This document shows positions 10,120 to 22,204 of a stretch of 64,000 nt of DNA, one piece after another; position 1 is the stretch's first letter; each line of letters opens with the position of its first letter. A model generated the notes under the pieces. That model did no database searches, was not told the DNA's origin, and saw only the letters and a list, made by a program, of their open reading frames with translations. Made by a program: the position numbers and the translations under genes. The DNA is from Candidatus Eiseniibacteriota bacterium (GTDB lineage Bacteria; Eisenbacteria; RBG-16-71-46): the NCBI GenBank assembly GCA_044223005.1, contig JBGAML010000002.1, positions 224,001 through 288,000 of the forward strand. The letters run 5' to 3'.

Positions 10120-10409
10120 CGCGAGTTCGGCGCGGTGCACACCGCGAGCCCGTCGTCGGGCCACAGCGGGCTCACCGCGCCCGACCCGAGGACGCGTTGC
10201 GCGTAGACGTTCCGACCGCCTGTCCGCCGGTCGTACCAGGCGACGATGCCCCCACCCGTCCCGTCCGGGGCGACGACGGGAGCGGAGTGCGCGGGTGGCG
10301 CCTGGCAGACCGGGAGATTGACCGTCGGGTCCGAAGGCCACGTGGCGAGTGCCGGCCGGGCGAGGAGATTCGGGACGAGCAGGACGAGCGCGAGCTCTGA
10401 GCGCTTCAT
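10120..10409 (-). pseudogene. Truncated N-terminal fragment of a secreted beta-propeller repeat protein
   Basis: GGAGG RBS, signal peptide, one repeat (PVC.A....P....DGTGGGIVAWYDRR.G..NVYAQRV) and the start of a second (WPDDGLAVCTAPNS). The pattern then stops and the frame runs antisense into the DinB gene. Confidence 0.6.
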
Positions 10410-10532
10410 GGGACCTCCGGGTCGAGCGCGGAGGTCGGGCGACCCCGCTGCCGAGGAACGCGGCAGCGGGGTGGGGATCACACGAAAGTCGCAGGTCCCG
10501 AGCGGGCGGGACTTCAAGGGCTCGGTCGCGCG

Positions 10533-11876
10533 CTACGCCGCGCCGGCGCTCGGCCCCGTCGGCTCCATCTGCCGCTGCTTCCGGCCGAGCCAGATCGCGA
10601 GCGCGACGGACACGCCGGCCACCGGTGCGACCACGAACGCGATGCCGGAGAGGCCCAGGCCGAGTGCGGCCAGTCCGGCGTACCCCCACACCGTGAGCTG
10701 GTCGCTGAAGCGGTAGACGAACGTCTCGATGAAGTTCTTGGCCTTGTACTTGTCCTCGCGGCTCACGACGGTGAACAGCGTCTCCATCGCCGGATTCATC
10801 AGCGAGAAGTTGGCCGCGCGCCGGCAGACCGTCAGTACCGCCAGGGTCTGGAACACGGGGTAGAGCCCGAGGGCGCCGAAGCCGAGCATGGTCAGGACCG
10901 GGACGATCGCGAGCGTCGCCGCGAGCCCGATCCACTTGGTGATGCGGCCGGTCAGGAAGAACTGCGTGAACAGCGTCAGCGTCTGCGCCGCGAACTCGAG
11001 CTGGGCGAGCACCGTCGTCCGCGCCTCGCGCGTGGGGTAGAGGCGGCCGACGAGGTCCGTCTGCTCGGCGTACAGCACCGTCGAGCCGAGGATGTAGAAA
11101 GTGAGGAAGGCCGCGATCGCCAGCAGGTACGGCGACTGCAGCAGCCGCGTGAGACCGGCCCACGCGCTGCCCCCGATCCGGTCGTCGGAATCCCGCTCCC
11201 GCGCGACCTGCGGAGCGTCGACGACGGCGCGCTTCGGGAATCGCGTGACGACGAGCACCGCGATCTCGAGCAGTACGGCCGAGACGAGGAGCAGGTTCCG
11301 CGTGCCGAGGGTCTTGGCCATCGCCGCGGTGAACGCCGACCCGCAGATCGATCCGAGCGTGCCGCCGACGCCGATGAAGCCGAACAGCCGCTTGGCCTGG
11401 TCGCTCGTGAACGCATCCGCCATGAACGACCAGAAGATCGAGATGACGAAGAAGTTGAAGACGCTCGTCCAGACGTAGAACGAGCGTCCCATCCAGAGAT
11501 CGAACGTCGAGCCCCCACCGGACGCGCGCATGAGGACGTAGAACACCAGCAGGTTGGCGACGAAGAAGTGGTACGTCAGCCCGATGAACGTGCGCACGCG
11601 GAAGCGCGCGACGAGCGTGCCGAAGAACGGATTGAAGAGCAGCGTCGCGCCGAGCGTGCCCAGGAACAGGTAGGGCAGCTTCCGCACGCCGGCCGCCGCA
11701 GCGATCTCGTCGCGAATCGGGCGCAGCACGAACCACGCGCTCATCACGAAGAAGAAGTAGAGGAACGAGAGCAGCAGCGACTTGAGCTCCGGCGAGCGCA
11801 CGTCGACGAGGAGCCGGAGACTTCCCAGCACACGGCCGCCCGGACGCGGGTCCGGGGCTCGGGGGACGGTCGTCAC
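10533..11876 (-). CDS. MFS transporter, Npt/TLC (nucleotide translocase)-like
   Basis: About 12 TM segments. Motifs LRPIRDE, FWSFMADAFTSDQAKRLFGFIG and REDKYKAKNFIETFVYR. Confidence 0.85.
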   Translation of the reverse strand: MTTVPRAPDPRPGGRVLGSLRLLVDVRSPELKSLLLSFLYFFFVMSAWFVLRPIRDEIAAAAGVRKLPYLFLGTLGATLLFNPFFGTLVARFRVRTFIGLTYHFFVANLLVFYVLMRASGGGSTFDLWMGRSFYVWTSVFNFFVISIFWSFMADAFTSDQAKRLFGFIGVGGTLGSICGSAFTAAMAKTLGTRNLLLVSAVLLEIAVLVVTRFPKRAVVDAPQVARERDSDDRIGGSAWAGLTRLLQSPYLLAIAAFLTFYILGSTVLYAEQTDLVGRLYPTREARTTVLAQLEFAAQTLTLFTQFFLTGRITKWIGLAATLAIVPVLTMLGFGALGLYPVFQTLAVLTVCRRAANFSLMNPAMETLFTVVSREDKYKAKNFIETFVYRFSDQLTVWGYAGLAALGLGLSGIAFVVAPVAGVSVALAIWLGRKQRQMEPTGPSAGAA

Positions 11877-13067
11877 TTAGGGCTTTCGCGCCTTCCAGGC
11901 GGCGAGGACTTCCGCTTCACGCGCGGGCGAGAGGCCGTTGTACTTGCCGTCGAGCATCGCCTGCCGGGCTTCCGGCGAGCGCGCCTTGTGCCACTCGAGC
12001 GTGTCGAGCGCGGTCACCGCCAGCGGCCGGAACGTCATGCCCTTCGCGACGGCCCGGGCATTCGAGCGCAAATGGAATCCGGCGGCACCTTCGCCGCGTG
12101 GGTTGACCCAGACCGGCATGTCCTTCCACTCCTCGATGCCGTGTTGCTTGAGGAACTCGCCGTCCATCCATGCGAACTGGGCGTTCGCCGTGGTCACCGC
12201 CTTGATGCCGTAGAGCATCTCGGCGATCGAGAGCGGCCCCGCCGGCCCGATCGCGTTGAAGACGCCGGCTTCACGCTGCTCCACCGCGTGGATGCTGAAC
12301 TGCGCGAGATCGCGCGCGTCGATGAACTGCACGGGATCGGTCGGATTGCCGGGCGCCACCACTTCGCCGCCGCGATCGATGCGGGCCGGCCAGTACGTGA
12401 AGCGATCGGAAGGATCGAGCGGGCCGACGATCAAGCCGGGGCGAATGATGGTCGAGACCGGATACGTCTCCTGCACGAGGCGCTCGCTGAACGCCTTGTA
12501 GGGCCCATACTGCTGCATGCGCATCGCCGGGTCCGTCGAGAAGGGGTCGACGTCCTTGGGCATCGGCATCGTCGCGTCGGTCTCGTCCATGCCGGGCTTG
12601 CTGTTGTCGGCGTAGACCGAAATCGTCGAGATGAACACGTACTGGCCGACGTGACCTTTCAGGTACTGCGCGACGTTGCGCACCCAGAACGGCGCCGTCG
12701 TCGGGATGTCGATCACGGCGTCGAACGTGCGACCCTTCAGCACGCTGACGTCGGCGTTCAGGTCGCCGACCAGCTGGTCGATGCGGCCCTTGAAGAGGTC
12801 GGGCCGCCGCTTGTTGCGGTTGAGGAGCGTGACCTTGTGCCCGCGCGCGAGCGCGTACTCGACGTGCTCGGGCCCGGTGAATCCGGTGCCGCCGATGATG
12901 AGGAGGTTGAGCGGCTTGTCGGCCTTGGTCGTCGTGAAGGCCTGGAGGCCCGGCAGGGCCGCCGGTCGGGACGTCGCCGGCTCGGCGCCCAGCGCCGGCA
13001 GAGGGAGCGCACTCGCGGCGGAGGCCGCGGCGGTTGCTTTCAGGAACTGCCTGCGGGTGATTTTCAT
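11877..13067 (-). CDS. Tat-signal NAD-dependent epimerase/dehydratase (atypical SDR)
   Basis: TRRQFLK Tat motif; IIGGTGFTG Rossmann motif; YVFISTISVY, YGPYK, RPGLIVGP. Confidence 0.9.
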   Translation of the reverse strand: MKITRRQFLKATAAASAASALPLPALGAEPATSRPAALPGLQAFTTTKADKPLNLLIIGGTGFTGPEHVEYALARGHKVTLLNRNKRRPDLFKGRIDQLVGDLNADVSVLKGRTFDAVIDIPTTAPFWVRNVAQYLKGHVGQYVFISTISVYADNSKPGMDETDATMPMPKDVDPFSTDPAMRMQQYGPYKAFSERLVQETYPVSTIIRPGLIVGPLDPSDRFTYWPARIDRGGEVVAPGNPTDPVQFIDARDLAQFSIHAVEQREAGVFNAIGPAGPLSIAEMLYGIKAVTTANAQFAWMDGEFLKQHGIEEWKDMPVWVNPRGEGAAGFHLRSNARAVAKGMTFRPLAVTALDTLEWHKARSPEARQAMLDGKYNGLSPAREAEVLAAWKARKP

Positions 13068-13191
13068 GCCGTGATTGTGGCTACCCGGCCCGCGAAGTCG
13101 ATACGGCCCCGACGAGCGCCGCTCACGTGCGGGCGAGCGCGACTCGCTGCCGACCGGCGCGCCGAGTCCCCGCTCGCCGCCCGGCGCGAGA

Positions 13192-13764
13192 TCACCGATA
13201 CGCGCTCTTGAGCGCTCCCCACGTCCGGCGCAGTGTCGGCACGGGGATGTCCGCGTCGAAGATGAGCGTGGCTTCGGTCACGGTGAGCGAAGGCATGTTC
13301 AGGTCGACGCAATCGAGCAAGGTCCCCACCGGGCTGCCGTACAACGTGATCATTCCCTCGCCGTCGGCGAGGAAGTTCCAGTTCGCCGGTACCTGCGAGA
13401 ACGAGATGTAGACGAACGGCGTGATCGTCTCGAAATCTCCCGCGACGGACGGGTTCATGGCTTCGCTGATCCAGTAGTCGTGCGGTCCGGCGTCCAGTTG
13501 GCCCTCGGTACGCGTCGGCCAGGGATGATCCCCATTCGTGCACTGGATGACTCCGACCTCGGTCGTGCCACGAACGCGCAACGACGCTCCGACGATGCCC
13601 GCGGGAATCCCGGGGAGGTGGAAGGTGGCCACTCTCGCGTAGGGCCCCTGGAGTCCGCCGTAGGTCCCGACCAACTCCGGCAGCGGGACTTCGAACACGG
13701 TGGCGTGCGCGGGAATGGACACCAGAAGAAGCAGGGCGGCGAGCGAAACGGTGGGGAATCGCAT
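13192..13764 (-). CDS. Secreted protein with C-terminal TWGxLKSxYR tail
   Basis: GGAGG RBS, signal peptide MRFPTVSLAALLLLVSIPAHA, ends VPTLRRTWGALKSAYR. Confidence 0.85.
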   Translation of the reverse strand: MRFPTVSLAALLLLVSIPAHATVFEVPLPELVGTYGGLQGPYARVATFHLPGIPAGIVGASLRVRGTTEVGVIQCTNGDHPWPTRTEGQLDAGPHDYWISEAMNPSVAGDFETITPFVYISFSQVPANWNFLADGEGMITLYGSPVGTLLDCVDLNMPSLTVTEATLIFDADIPVPTLRRTWGALKSAYR

Positions 13765-14134
13765 GGCGGCCTCCACGTCGGGATCGCCGGACAGGGGATC
13801 TCCGGGCGACGACGCGTCGAGTGTAGCACCGCGCCGGGTGGCCGAGCGGCGCGTGCGGCCCGGGGGCCGTGGGTGACGAGGCCGGCGCAGGCCTGCTACG
13901 CCGCCGGGAGCGCGGTCGACATCGACTGCACCAGGAGCCCGCTCCAGTTCAGCACGCTCTACTTCTTCTCGTGGACGGGTTCGGGCGCCGGCTGGTACAC
14001 GGGCCCGCGTGCGCTCGCGTTGAGGCCGGCCGCGGCGATCGCCGCGAATGCGCGACGCCCCGGGAGCACCGCGCTCCCGGGGCGTCGTTCGTGCGCGTCT
14101 TCGCTGCAGCGGATTTCGTCGGCGAATGACCGCC

Positions 14135-14923
14135 CTACCGCAGGACCTCCACATCCATCGCGCCCCAGTTGGTGCTGCAGCCCCAGACCGCCGTGTTGGG
14201 ATCCACCACCAGGTTGAGCGTGTGCAGCCCCGCTGACAGGTTGCCGCTCCAGTGGAGGCTCGCCGTCGCCCACTGCGCTCCATCGGCGCCCGGAGTGTAG
14301 GTCGTCGCGTACATCGCCGGCGAGCCATCGATCGAGAGCTGCAGATCCCTCCGGCCCGTGGAGTAGCGCGCCATCGTGACGTGCACCGTCACGGGCGCGG
14401 CGATGCCGAGGTTGAGCGCCTGCGACATGATCACGCCGTTCGCGGGAGCGGGCGGAGGACAACCTCCACGCGTGTCGGCGAAGTGGAAGACGGAGGGCCC
14501 GCCCAGCGTCAGGACGCGCGCGGTGTCGGCCATGCCCGCGTGGAAGGCGTAGGGCACCGTGGCGATGGCGCGGCGCGGCGCCAGCGTGGTGTCGTCGATC
14601 GCGGTTTCGATCCAGAGCGGGTTGCCGTCGAACACGCCGGGCGGGATGGGGGTGACCGATCCCATCAGGATCGAGCACGCGCCGGCGGTGATCGGGACCG
14701 CGAGCTGCGTCTCCTGCCACACCGGCGAACCGCCGGACGCCGCGGTGAACAGGCCGAGCTGGATCTTGTGCGAGCCTTCGAGCGGCACGCCCGAAGAGCT
14801 CGTCACGTATGCGTGGTACTCGATCGTCTTGGGCGGCGTCGCCGCCTGCGCACCTCGCACGCCGAGAGCCAGGAACGCGAACGCGAAGAGCGCGGACACG
14901 GAACGCAGGATTCGGATCGTCAC
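14135..14923 (-). CDS. Secreted fibre/adhesin-like protein (N-terminal PR...VPYA module, beta-sandwich head)
   Basis: GGAGG RBS, GTG start, signal peptide. P..IEY...V.SSSGVPL.G...LF.AASGG..VW.E...PRRAIATVPYAFHA module, then a beta-rich C-terminus. Confidence 0.8.
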   Translation of the reverse strand: MTIRILRSVSALFAFAFLALGVRGAQAATPPKTIEYHAYVTSSSGVPLEGSHKIQLGLFTAASGGSPVWQETQLAVPITAGACSILMGSVTPIPPGVFDGNPLWIETAIDDTTLAPRRAIATVPYAFHAGMADTARVLTLGGPSVFHFADTRGGCPPPAPANGVIMSQALNLGIAAPVTVHVTMARYSTGRRDLQLSIDGSPAMYATTYTPGADGAQWATASLHWSGNLSAGLHTLNLVVDPNTAVWGCSTNWGAMDVEVLR

Positions 14924-14946
14924 GTTACCTCCGGGTTCGGGAACGG

Positions 14947-15525
14947 TCAGCGAACGAGGGTCAGGCGGCGGACGATCGCGTTCTCACCGTCCTGGAATCG
15001 GCAGAGGTAGAGCCCCGCGGGCGCGAGCGCACCGCTCCCGTCGCGCGCGTCCCACGTCACGTCGTGGGCGCCGGAGGGCAGGACGCCGTCGACGAGCCGG
15101 CGCACGAGCCGCCCCGAGACGTCGAACAGTTCGAGCCGCACGCGTCCCGTTTCGGAACCCTGCGCCGAACTCGTGAAGCGCACCACGATCCGGTCCGCGA
15201 ACGGGTTCGGGTACGCGGCGAACGCGAGCCCGCCGGCATGCGGAATGCCGGGGCCGACGTCGAGCACCGCGATCGTCGGGCGCTGGAGCCATTGCGCGAA
15301 TGCGCGTATCGAGCCGCCTTCGAGCAGCCCGGCTCCGGGCTGGCCGAGGGCGAACGTGGCGCGCATCGCTCCACCCGTGCAGTCGCCGCCACCGGCGGAG
15401 AGGCCCTGCCCGGGGACGAGCGGCGCCGCGTGGCTCGGGAAGGGAAACGCCAGCGTCAGCAGCAGGGCCGGCACGCACACGCGGAGGGCGGGCAGACGTG
15501 ACGGGCGATGGTTCGGGAGCGGCAT
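14947..15525 (-). CDS. Small secreted protein: Gly-rich domain plus FlgD-Ig/T9SS-like C-terminal domain
   Basis: GGAGG RBS, signal peptide, SAGGG..TGG......LGQP.AG...GG, then YPNPF...FDVSGRLVR...WDARD..G...PAGLY. Confidence 0.85.
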   Translation of the reverse strand: MPLPNHRPSRLPALRVCVPALLLTLAFPFPSHAAPLVPGQGLSAGGGDCTGGAMRATFALGQPGAGLLEGGSIRAFAQWLQRPTIAVLDVGPGIPHAGGLAFAAYPNPFADRIVVRFTSSAQGSETGRVRLELFDVSGRLVRRLVDGVLPSGAHDVTWDARDGSGALAPAGLYLCRFQDGENAIVRRLTLVR

Positions 15526-15929
15526 GGAGCGGCCTCCGAGGGCTCGAGCACGACAGGTGCAGGCGGCAGCGACGAGCCATCGAGTATACGAGGCCGGCCC
15601 GGCCCCTCCGCACGGGAAAATCGTAGCGGGTGTTCGAACACGCGGTGTGTCGTGGCGCGGGGACGGACCTTCGGAGAGGCCGGCGCTCGTTCTCTCCGCC
15701 GGTCTCGAGGAGCCGGGCGAGAAACGGCAACCTGTCCGTGGCTCGCGGTGCCCACTCGCCGGGGCTCCGGCCGCCGTGGGCGCGCGGCGCGGATCCCAGC
15801 GCGCGGGCGCCGAGCGGTGGCACCGCGCGGAAGGGATTTGCGCACTCGTGACCCGGGCCTCCTGCCCGCATGCGAACGTCCCCTTCCGCCACGATGTCCG
15901 CCGCCTCGACCCCACCCGGGAGTGATCGC

Positions 15930-16904
15930 ATGCGCCTTCGCGCCGCCGCAGTCGTCACACTCGTACTCGTCGTTCAGGTCTCGTACGCGCAGGCGCCGTC
16001 GGCGCCGTCGCCTCCGGCCGCCACGGCGCCGGCTCCCGCGCCGGCACCCGCCGCGCCCGCTTCTCCCGTCGCGTCGATCCGCAACAAGCTCTCCGCGGGC
16101 GACCTGCGCTCGGCGGAGTCGATCGCCGAGGTCTGGCGTTCGCAGCATGGCGCCGACGGCCCGTGGCTCGTGGGCTACTCGTGGCTCGCGCGCGGTGCGC
16201 AGCTCATGGGGGAGCCGGCGAAGGCGCACCTGTACGCGGACTCCACGCTCCGGTACTGCGACCAACGGCTCGCCGCCGGCGCGAAGCTCGCCGACGACGG
16301 CGATCTCGAGTACGCGCTGGGTTCGGCGATCGAAGTCGAGGCGCAGCAGCTGGGTGCGGCCCGGGGCGCGGCGTTCCTGCGGGCGCAGCTCGCGCGCTTC
16401 GCCGATGCGCCGACGGGCTTTCGCGCGCGGCTCCAAAAGCGCCTGGCCATGCTCACGTGGACCGGCACTCCCGCTCCGGAGCTCCGGCCCGAGTCCCAGG
16501 TGCGCGGGGATCACACGTCGCTCGCGTCGCTCCGCGGCAAGCCGGTCGTCGTCTACCTCTACTCGTCCACCTGTGGCGATTGCCGCGCCAGTGCAACGAC
16601 GCTGGAGCGCGTGCGCGCCCGATGGGCCGATCGCGGCGTGCAGTGGGTGGCACTCACGCGGTGGTACGGCGACGAATCCGAACGCGTGCGCGAACACACC
16701 GTCGTCGACAGCGTCTGGACCGCCACCTACCACGATCTCGGCGGCACTCCGGTGGTGGTGAGCCGGGAGTCGGTGATCCAGTACGGCGGTTCGAGTACGC
16801 CCACGTTCGTGTTCATCGACCGCAAGGGCATCGTGCGCGGCTACACCCCGACCCGGCTGACCGAAGCCGAGTTCGACCGCGAGATCGCGCGCATCGTCCG
16901 CTGA
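15930..16904 (+). CDS. Exported TlpA-like thiol-disulfide oxidoreductase (redoxin)
   Basis: Signal peptide; APEL...SLASLRGKPVVVYLYSSTCGDC (CxxC); TPTFVFIDRKGIVR. Confidence 0.88.
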   Translation: MRLRAAAVVTLVLVVQVSYAQAPSAPSPPAATAPAPAPAPAAPASPVASIRNKLSAGDLRSAESIAEVWRSQHGADGPWLVGYSWLARGAQLMGEPAKAHLYADSTLRYCDQRLAAGAKLADDGDLEYALGSAIEVEAQQLGAARGAAFLRAQLARFADAPTGFRARLQKRLAMLTWTGTPAPELRPESQVRGDHTSLASLRGKPVVVYLYSSTCGDCRASATTLERVRARWADRGVQWVALTRWYGDESERVREHTVVDSVWTATYHDLGGTPVVVSRESVIQYGGSSTPTFVFIDRKGIVRGYTPTRLTEAEFDREIARIVR

Positions 16905-17196
16905 CCGGGCCGGGCGCCGCCGGCCTGCTCCACCGCCCGAGCGGCGGCCCCGCGGGCGGGTGGCCGGGTGGATGACATGGGGACCGGGGCCCTGGCGGCC
17001 GGCCAAGGCCCGGGGACGGCCCGTGACGCGCTCGATGGAGCTCCCGCGCGGAATCGTGGCGAGGGCCGCGGCGAAGTCCCTATGATGGAGCCCCGTCGGG
17101 GACCGAGACGACCGCAGCCCGGAGATCCGGTCCACCGGTTCGATGCACGTGCGTCGCCCGATCGCGCCGATCGTCACCCCGATTCGTGGAGGCAGC

Positions 17197-17631
17197 ATGA
17201 GCGCCACCCTGCTCTATCGCATCGCCGCCGTGCTCCTGCTGCTGTTCGCCGCGAGCCACACGCTCGGTTTCACGCAGTCCGACCCGTCGTGGGGCGTGCA
17301 AGCGACGCTCGCCGCGATGCGCTCCATCCACTTCGACATGCTGGGATCCCGCCGCACCTACTGGGACTTCTTCGTCGCCGCGGGGTACTCGGCCGGCTCG
17401 CTCTACCTGTTCGCGGCCGTCCTGGCGTGGCAGCTCGCAGGCCTTCCGGCCGAAGTGCTCCGGCGCCTGCGCGGCGTCGCGTGGACGTTCGCGCTCGCTT
17501 TCGCGGCGGTCGCGTTCGTGAGCTGGCGGCATCTCTTCGTGATCCCGATCGCCTTCTCGACCGCGATCACGGCGTGCCTCGCCGCTGCGGCGTGGCGCTC
17601 CGACGCGGCGGCCGCGGACCCTGCGCGCTAG
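17197..17631 (+). CDS. Small membrane protein (4 TM)
   Basis: GGAGG RBS, four hydrophobic segments, 27 nt upstream of the sigma gene. Confidence 0.8.
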   Translation: MSATLLYRIAAVLLLLFAASHTLGFTQSDPSWGVQATLAAMRSIHFDMLGSRRTYWDFFVAAGYSAGSLYLFAAVLAWQLAGLPAEVLRRLRGVAWTFALAFAAVAFVSWRHLFVIPIAFSTAITACLAAAAWRSDAAAADPAR

Positions 17632-17658
17632 GTTCGCCGCTCACCCGGAGGCAGCGCC

Positions 17659-18225
17659 GTGGAACCCGAAGCGTTCTCCGACCAGCTGGCTCGCGCCGCG
17701 CACGGCGACTTCGAGGCGATGGAGCAGCTGTTGCCCGTCGTCTACGCGGAGTTGCGACGTCTCGCCGCGGCATTCCTCCGCCGCGAACGTCCCGGGCACA
17801 CGCTGCAGCCGACCGCGCTCGTCCACGAGGCGTTCCTGCGTCTTGCAGGCGGCCGGACGCTCGAGGCGAGCAGCCGGGCCCAGTTCATCGGGCTCGCCGC
17901 GCGAACGATGCGCCACATCCTGGTGGACCACGCCCGGCGGCGGAAGTCGCTGAAGCGCGGTGGGGGTGAGCGCGTCGTCACGCTGGACACGTCCGCGCTG
18001 GCCGGGGCCACACACGCGGTCGAGGTGGAGGATCTCGACCAGGCGCTCGCGGCACTCGCGCGCGTCAGCGAGCGCCAGGCGCGAGTCGTGGAGCTTCGGT
18101 ACTTCGGCGGCTTCTCGATCGAGGAGACCGGCGAAGCACTCGGTCTCTCGCCCATGACCGTCAAGCGCGACTGGGCCTTCGCGCGTGCCTGGCTCTATCG
18201 CGAACTGACCGGCGCGAAGTCCTGA
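17659..18225 (+). CDS. ECF-type sigma factor, TIGR02999 family
   Basis: LLPVVYAELRRLA...HTLQPTALVHEAFLRL...MRHILVDHARRR...KRGG...VELRYFGG...TVKRDWAFARAWL. Confidence 0.95.
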   Translation: MEPEAFSDQLARAAHGDFEAMEQLLPVVYAELRRLAAAFLRRERPGHTLQPTALVHEAFLRLAGGRTLEASSRAQFIGLAARTMRHILVDHARRRKSLKRGGGERVVTLDTSALAGATHAVEVEDLDQALAALARVSERQARVVELRYFGGFSIEETGEALGLSPMTVKRDWAFARAWLYRELTGAKS

Positions 18226-18232
18226 GGGCGGG

Positions 18233-20791
<2,559 letters not shown>

Positions 20792-20945
20792 GCGGGCGTC
20801 CGGGCGGCGAGGGCCGTGACGCCCGCCGCCGCGGTCCGGTGCACCGGGCCGCGGCGGCGAGCGCGGTCGAGTCGTGCGGCGAGGCTAGCGCATCGATCCG
20901 GGAAAGTCGCTGGTTTCGCCGCGCCGCGGCCGGCGGCGGATCGGC

Positions 20946-22145
20946 CTAATGCATGAGCGCCAGCGTACGGTGCACCTCGCCCGCCGGGCTCGATAGGCGG
21001 GCGAAATAGAGCCCGTTCGGCACCCGCCCTCCGGCGGCGTTCCGGCCATCCCAGGACACGAGGCCCTTCGCGGCCACCTCGCCGTCGAGCAACGTGCGCA
21101 CCCGGGCGCCGGTGACATCGTAGATGGCCACCGTGATTCGCTGCGGCTGCGCCACGGCGTAACGCAGCGCCGTCCCGGAGGTGGAGGGGTTCGGCCCGGC
21201 CAACTCGAGTGCGAGACCGCTGGCCACCGTGGCGCTCGGAACGCTGCTCGTGGCCGACACGTTCAGGCGCGCGAGGCGGCTCGGCTCCTCCACGGAACCG
21301 TTGGCCACGATCACCTCGTACCAGCCCGTGTCGGCGACGGCGATGCCGGAGAGCGAGAGCGTGGGCGTGGTCGCCCCGCTCACGTGCGCTCCGTTCGCGA
21401 GCAGGGCCCCGTTGCGGCGCCACTGGAACGTGAGCGACGCCGTCGGAACGCTCGTCGCGACCGAGAAGTGAACCGTCGCGCCCGGGGCGGCAATGGTGTC
21501 CACCGGCTGCCTCACGATCAGCGGATTCACGATCGGCGAAAAGGTCAGGATGTAGGTGTATGTGGGCCCGGTCGACCACTCCACGGTGCCGTCCACGATC
21601 GACCAACCATCGATTTCGTAGAGGCCGGGCGCCAGGCGTCCCACCCGATGCAATTCCCCGCCCAAAGGACACTGCTCCACGATTTGGTTCGGCGCGTAGT
21701 GGGCGAGCCAGCACCATCCTCCGAACTCGCCTTCGCCCGGGTCGAGCCACGCATCGAGTGAGTACGTCATGGTCTGTTGCAGCTCGAAATCGAACGTGGC
21801 TGCGGATTCGGCGACGTAGTGCGGCGCGAGCGGCACGGTCTGCCAGGAGCCGCCGCAGCCGCCAGACGCACTGATTCCGTAGCCGACCACCTGCGAGATC
21901 TGCCATGCGCCGGCATCGCAGTATCCCGACCCCTCGGGGTCGGGATTGTCGAGGTGGGCCGAAGCCGAGGGCGACCAGTAGGAGTAGGGCACCGCGGGCA
22001 GGAGGACGGAATGTTGCGTCAGTCCCGCGTATTCCGCGCGCGCCGACACCTTGCGCGCGTCGCTGCGCATCACCAGCTGGGCTTCGGCCGGCACCGCGAT
22101 GGCGAGCGCGGCGCACTGCACGAGCACCATGAGCATGTGTCGCAT
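20946..22145 (-). CDS. Secreted protein with Ig domain and FlgD-Ig/T9SS-like C-terminal domain
   Basis: GGAGG RBS, signal peptide, Ig motif QP......G....FSV......FQWRRNG...D.GWY, tail GPNP...IYDVTG..WDGRN..G...GLY. Confidence 0.88.
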   Translation of the reverse strand: MRHMLMVLVQCAALAIAVPAEAQLVMRSDARKVSARAEYAGLTQHSVLLPAVPYSYWSPSASAHLDNPDPEGSGYCDAGAWQISQVVGYGISASGGCGGSWQTVPLAPHYVAESAATFDFELQQTMTYSLDAWLDPGEGEFGGWCWLAHYAPNQIVEQCPLGGELHRVGRLAPGLYEIDGWSIVDGTVEWSTGPTYTYILTFSPIVNPLIVRQPVDTIAAPGATVHFSVATSVPTASLTFQWRRNGALLANGAHVSGATTPTLSLSGIAVADTGWYEVIVANGSVEEPSRLARLNVSATSSVPSATVASGLALELAGPNPSTSGTALRYAVAQPQRITVAIYDVTGARVRTLLDGEVAAKGLVSWDGRNAAGGRVPNGLYFARLSSPAGEVHRTLALMH

Positions 22146-22204
22146 GCCATCCTCCAAACGTGAGTTGCGGAGTGGTCGACCCTTCGAACAGCAGGCGAAT
22201 GCCG

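Noticed and set aside
13895..14075. Minus-strand coding-like stretch with an in-frame TAG (...PVHEKK*SVLNWSG...) as a readthrough or recoding case
   Set aside because: There is no start, RBS or recognisable family, and it is too short to support. At most it is a decayed fragment.
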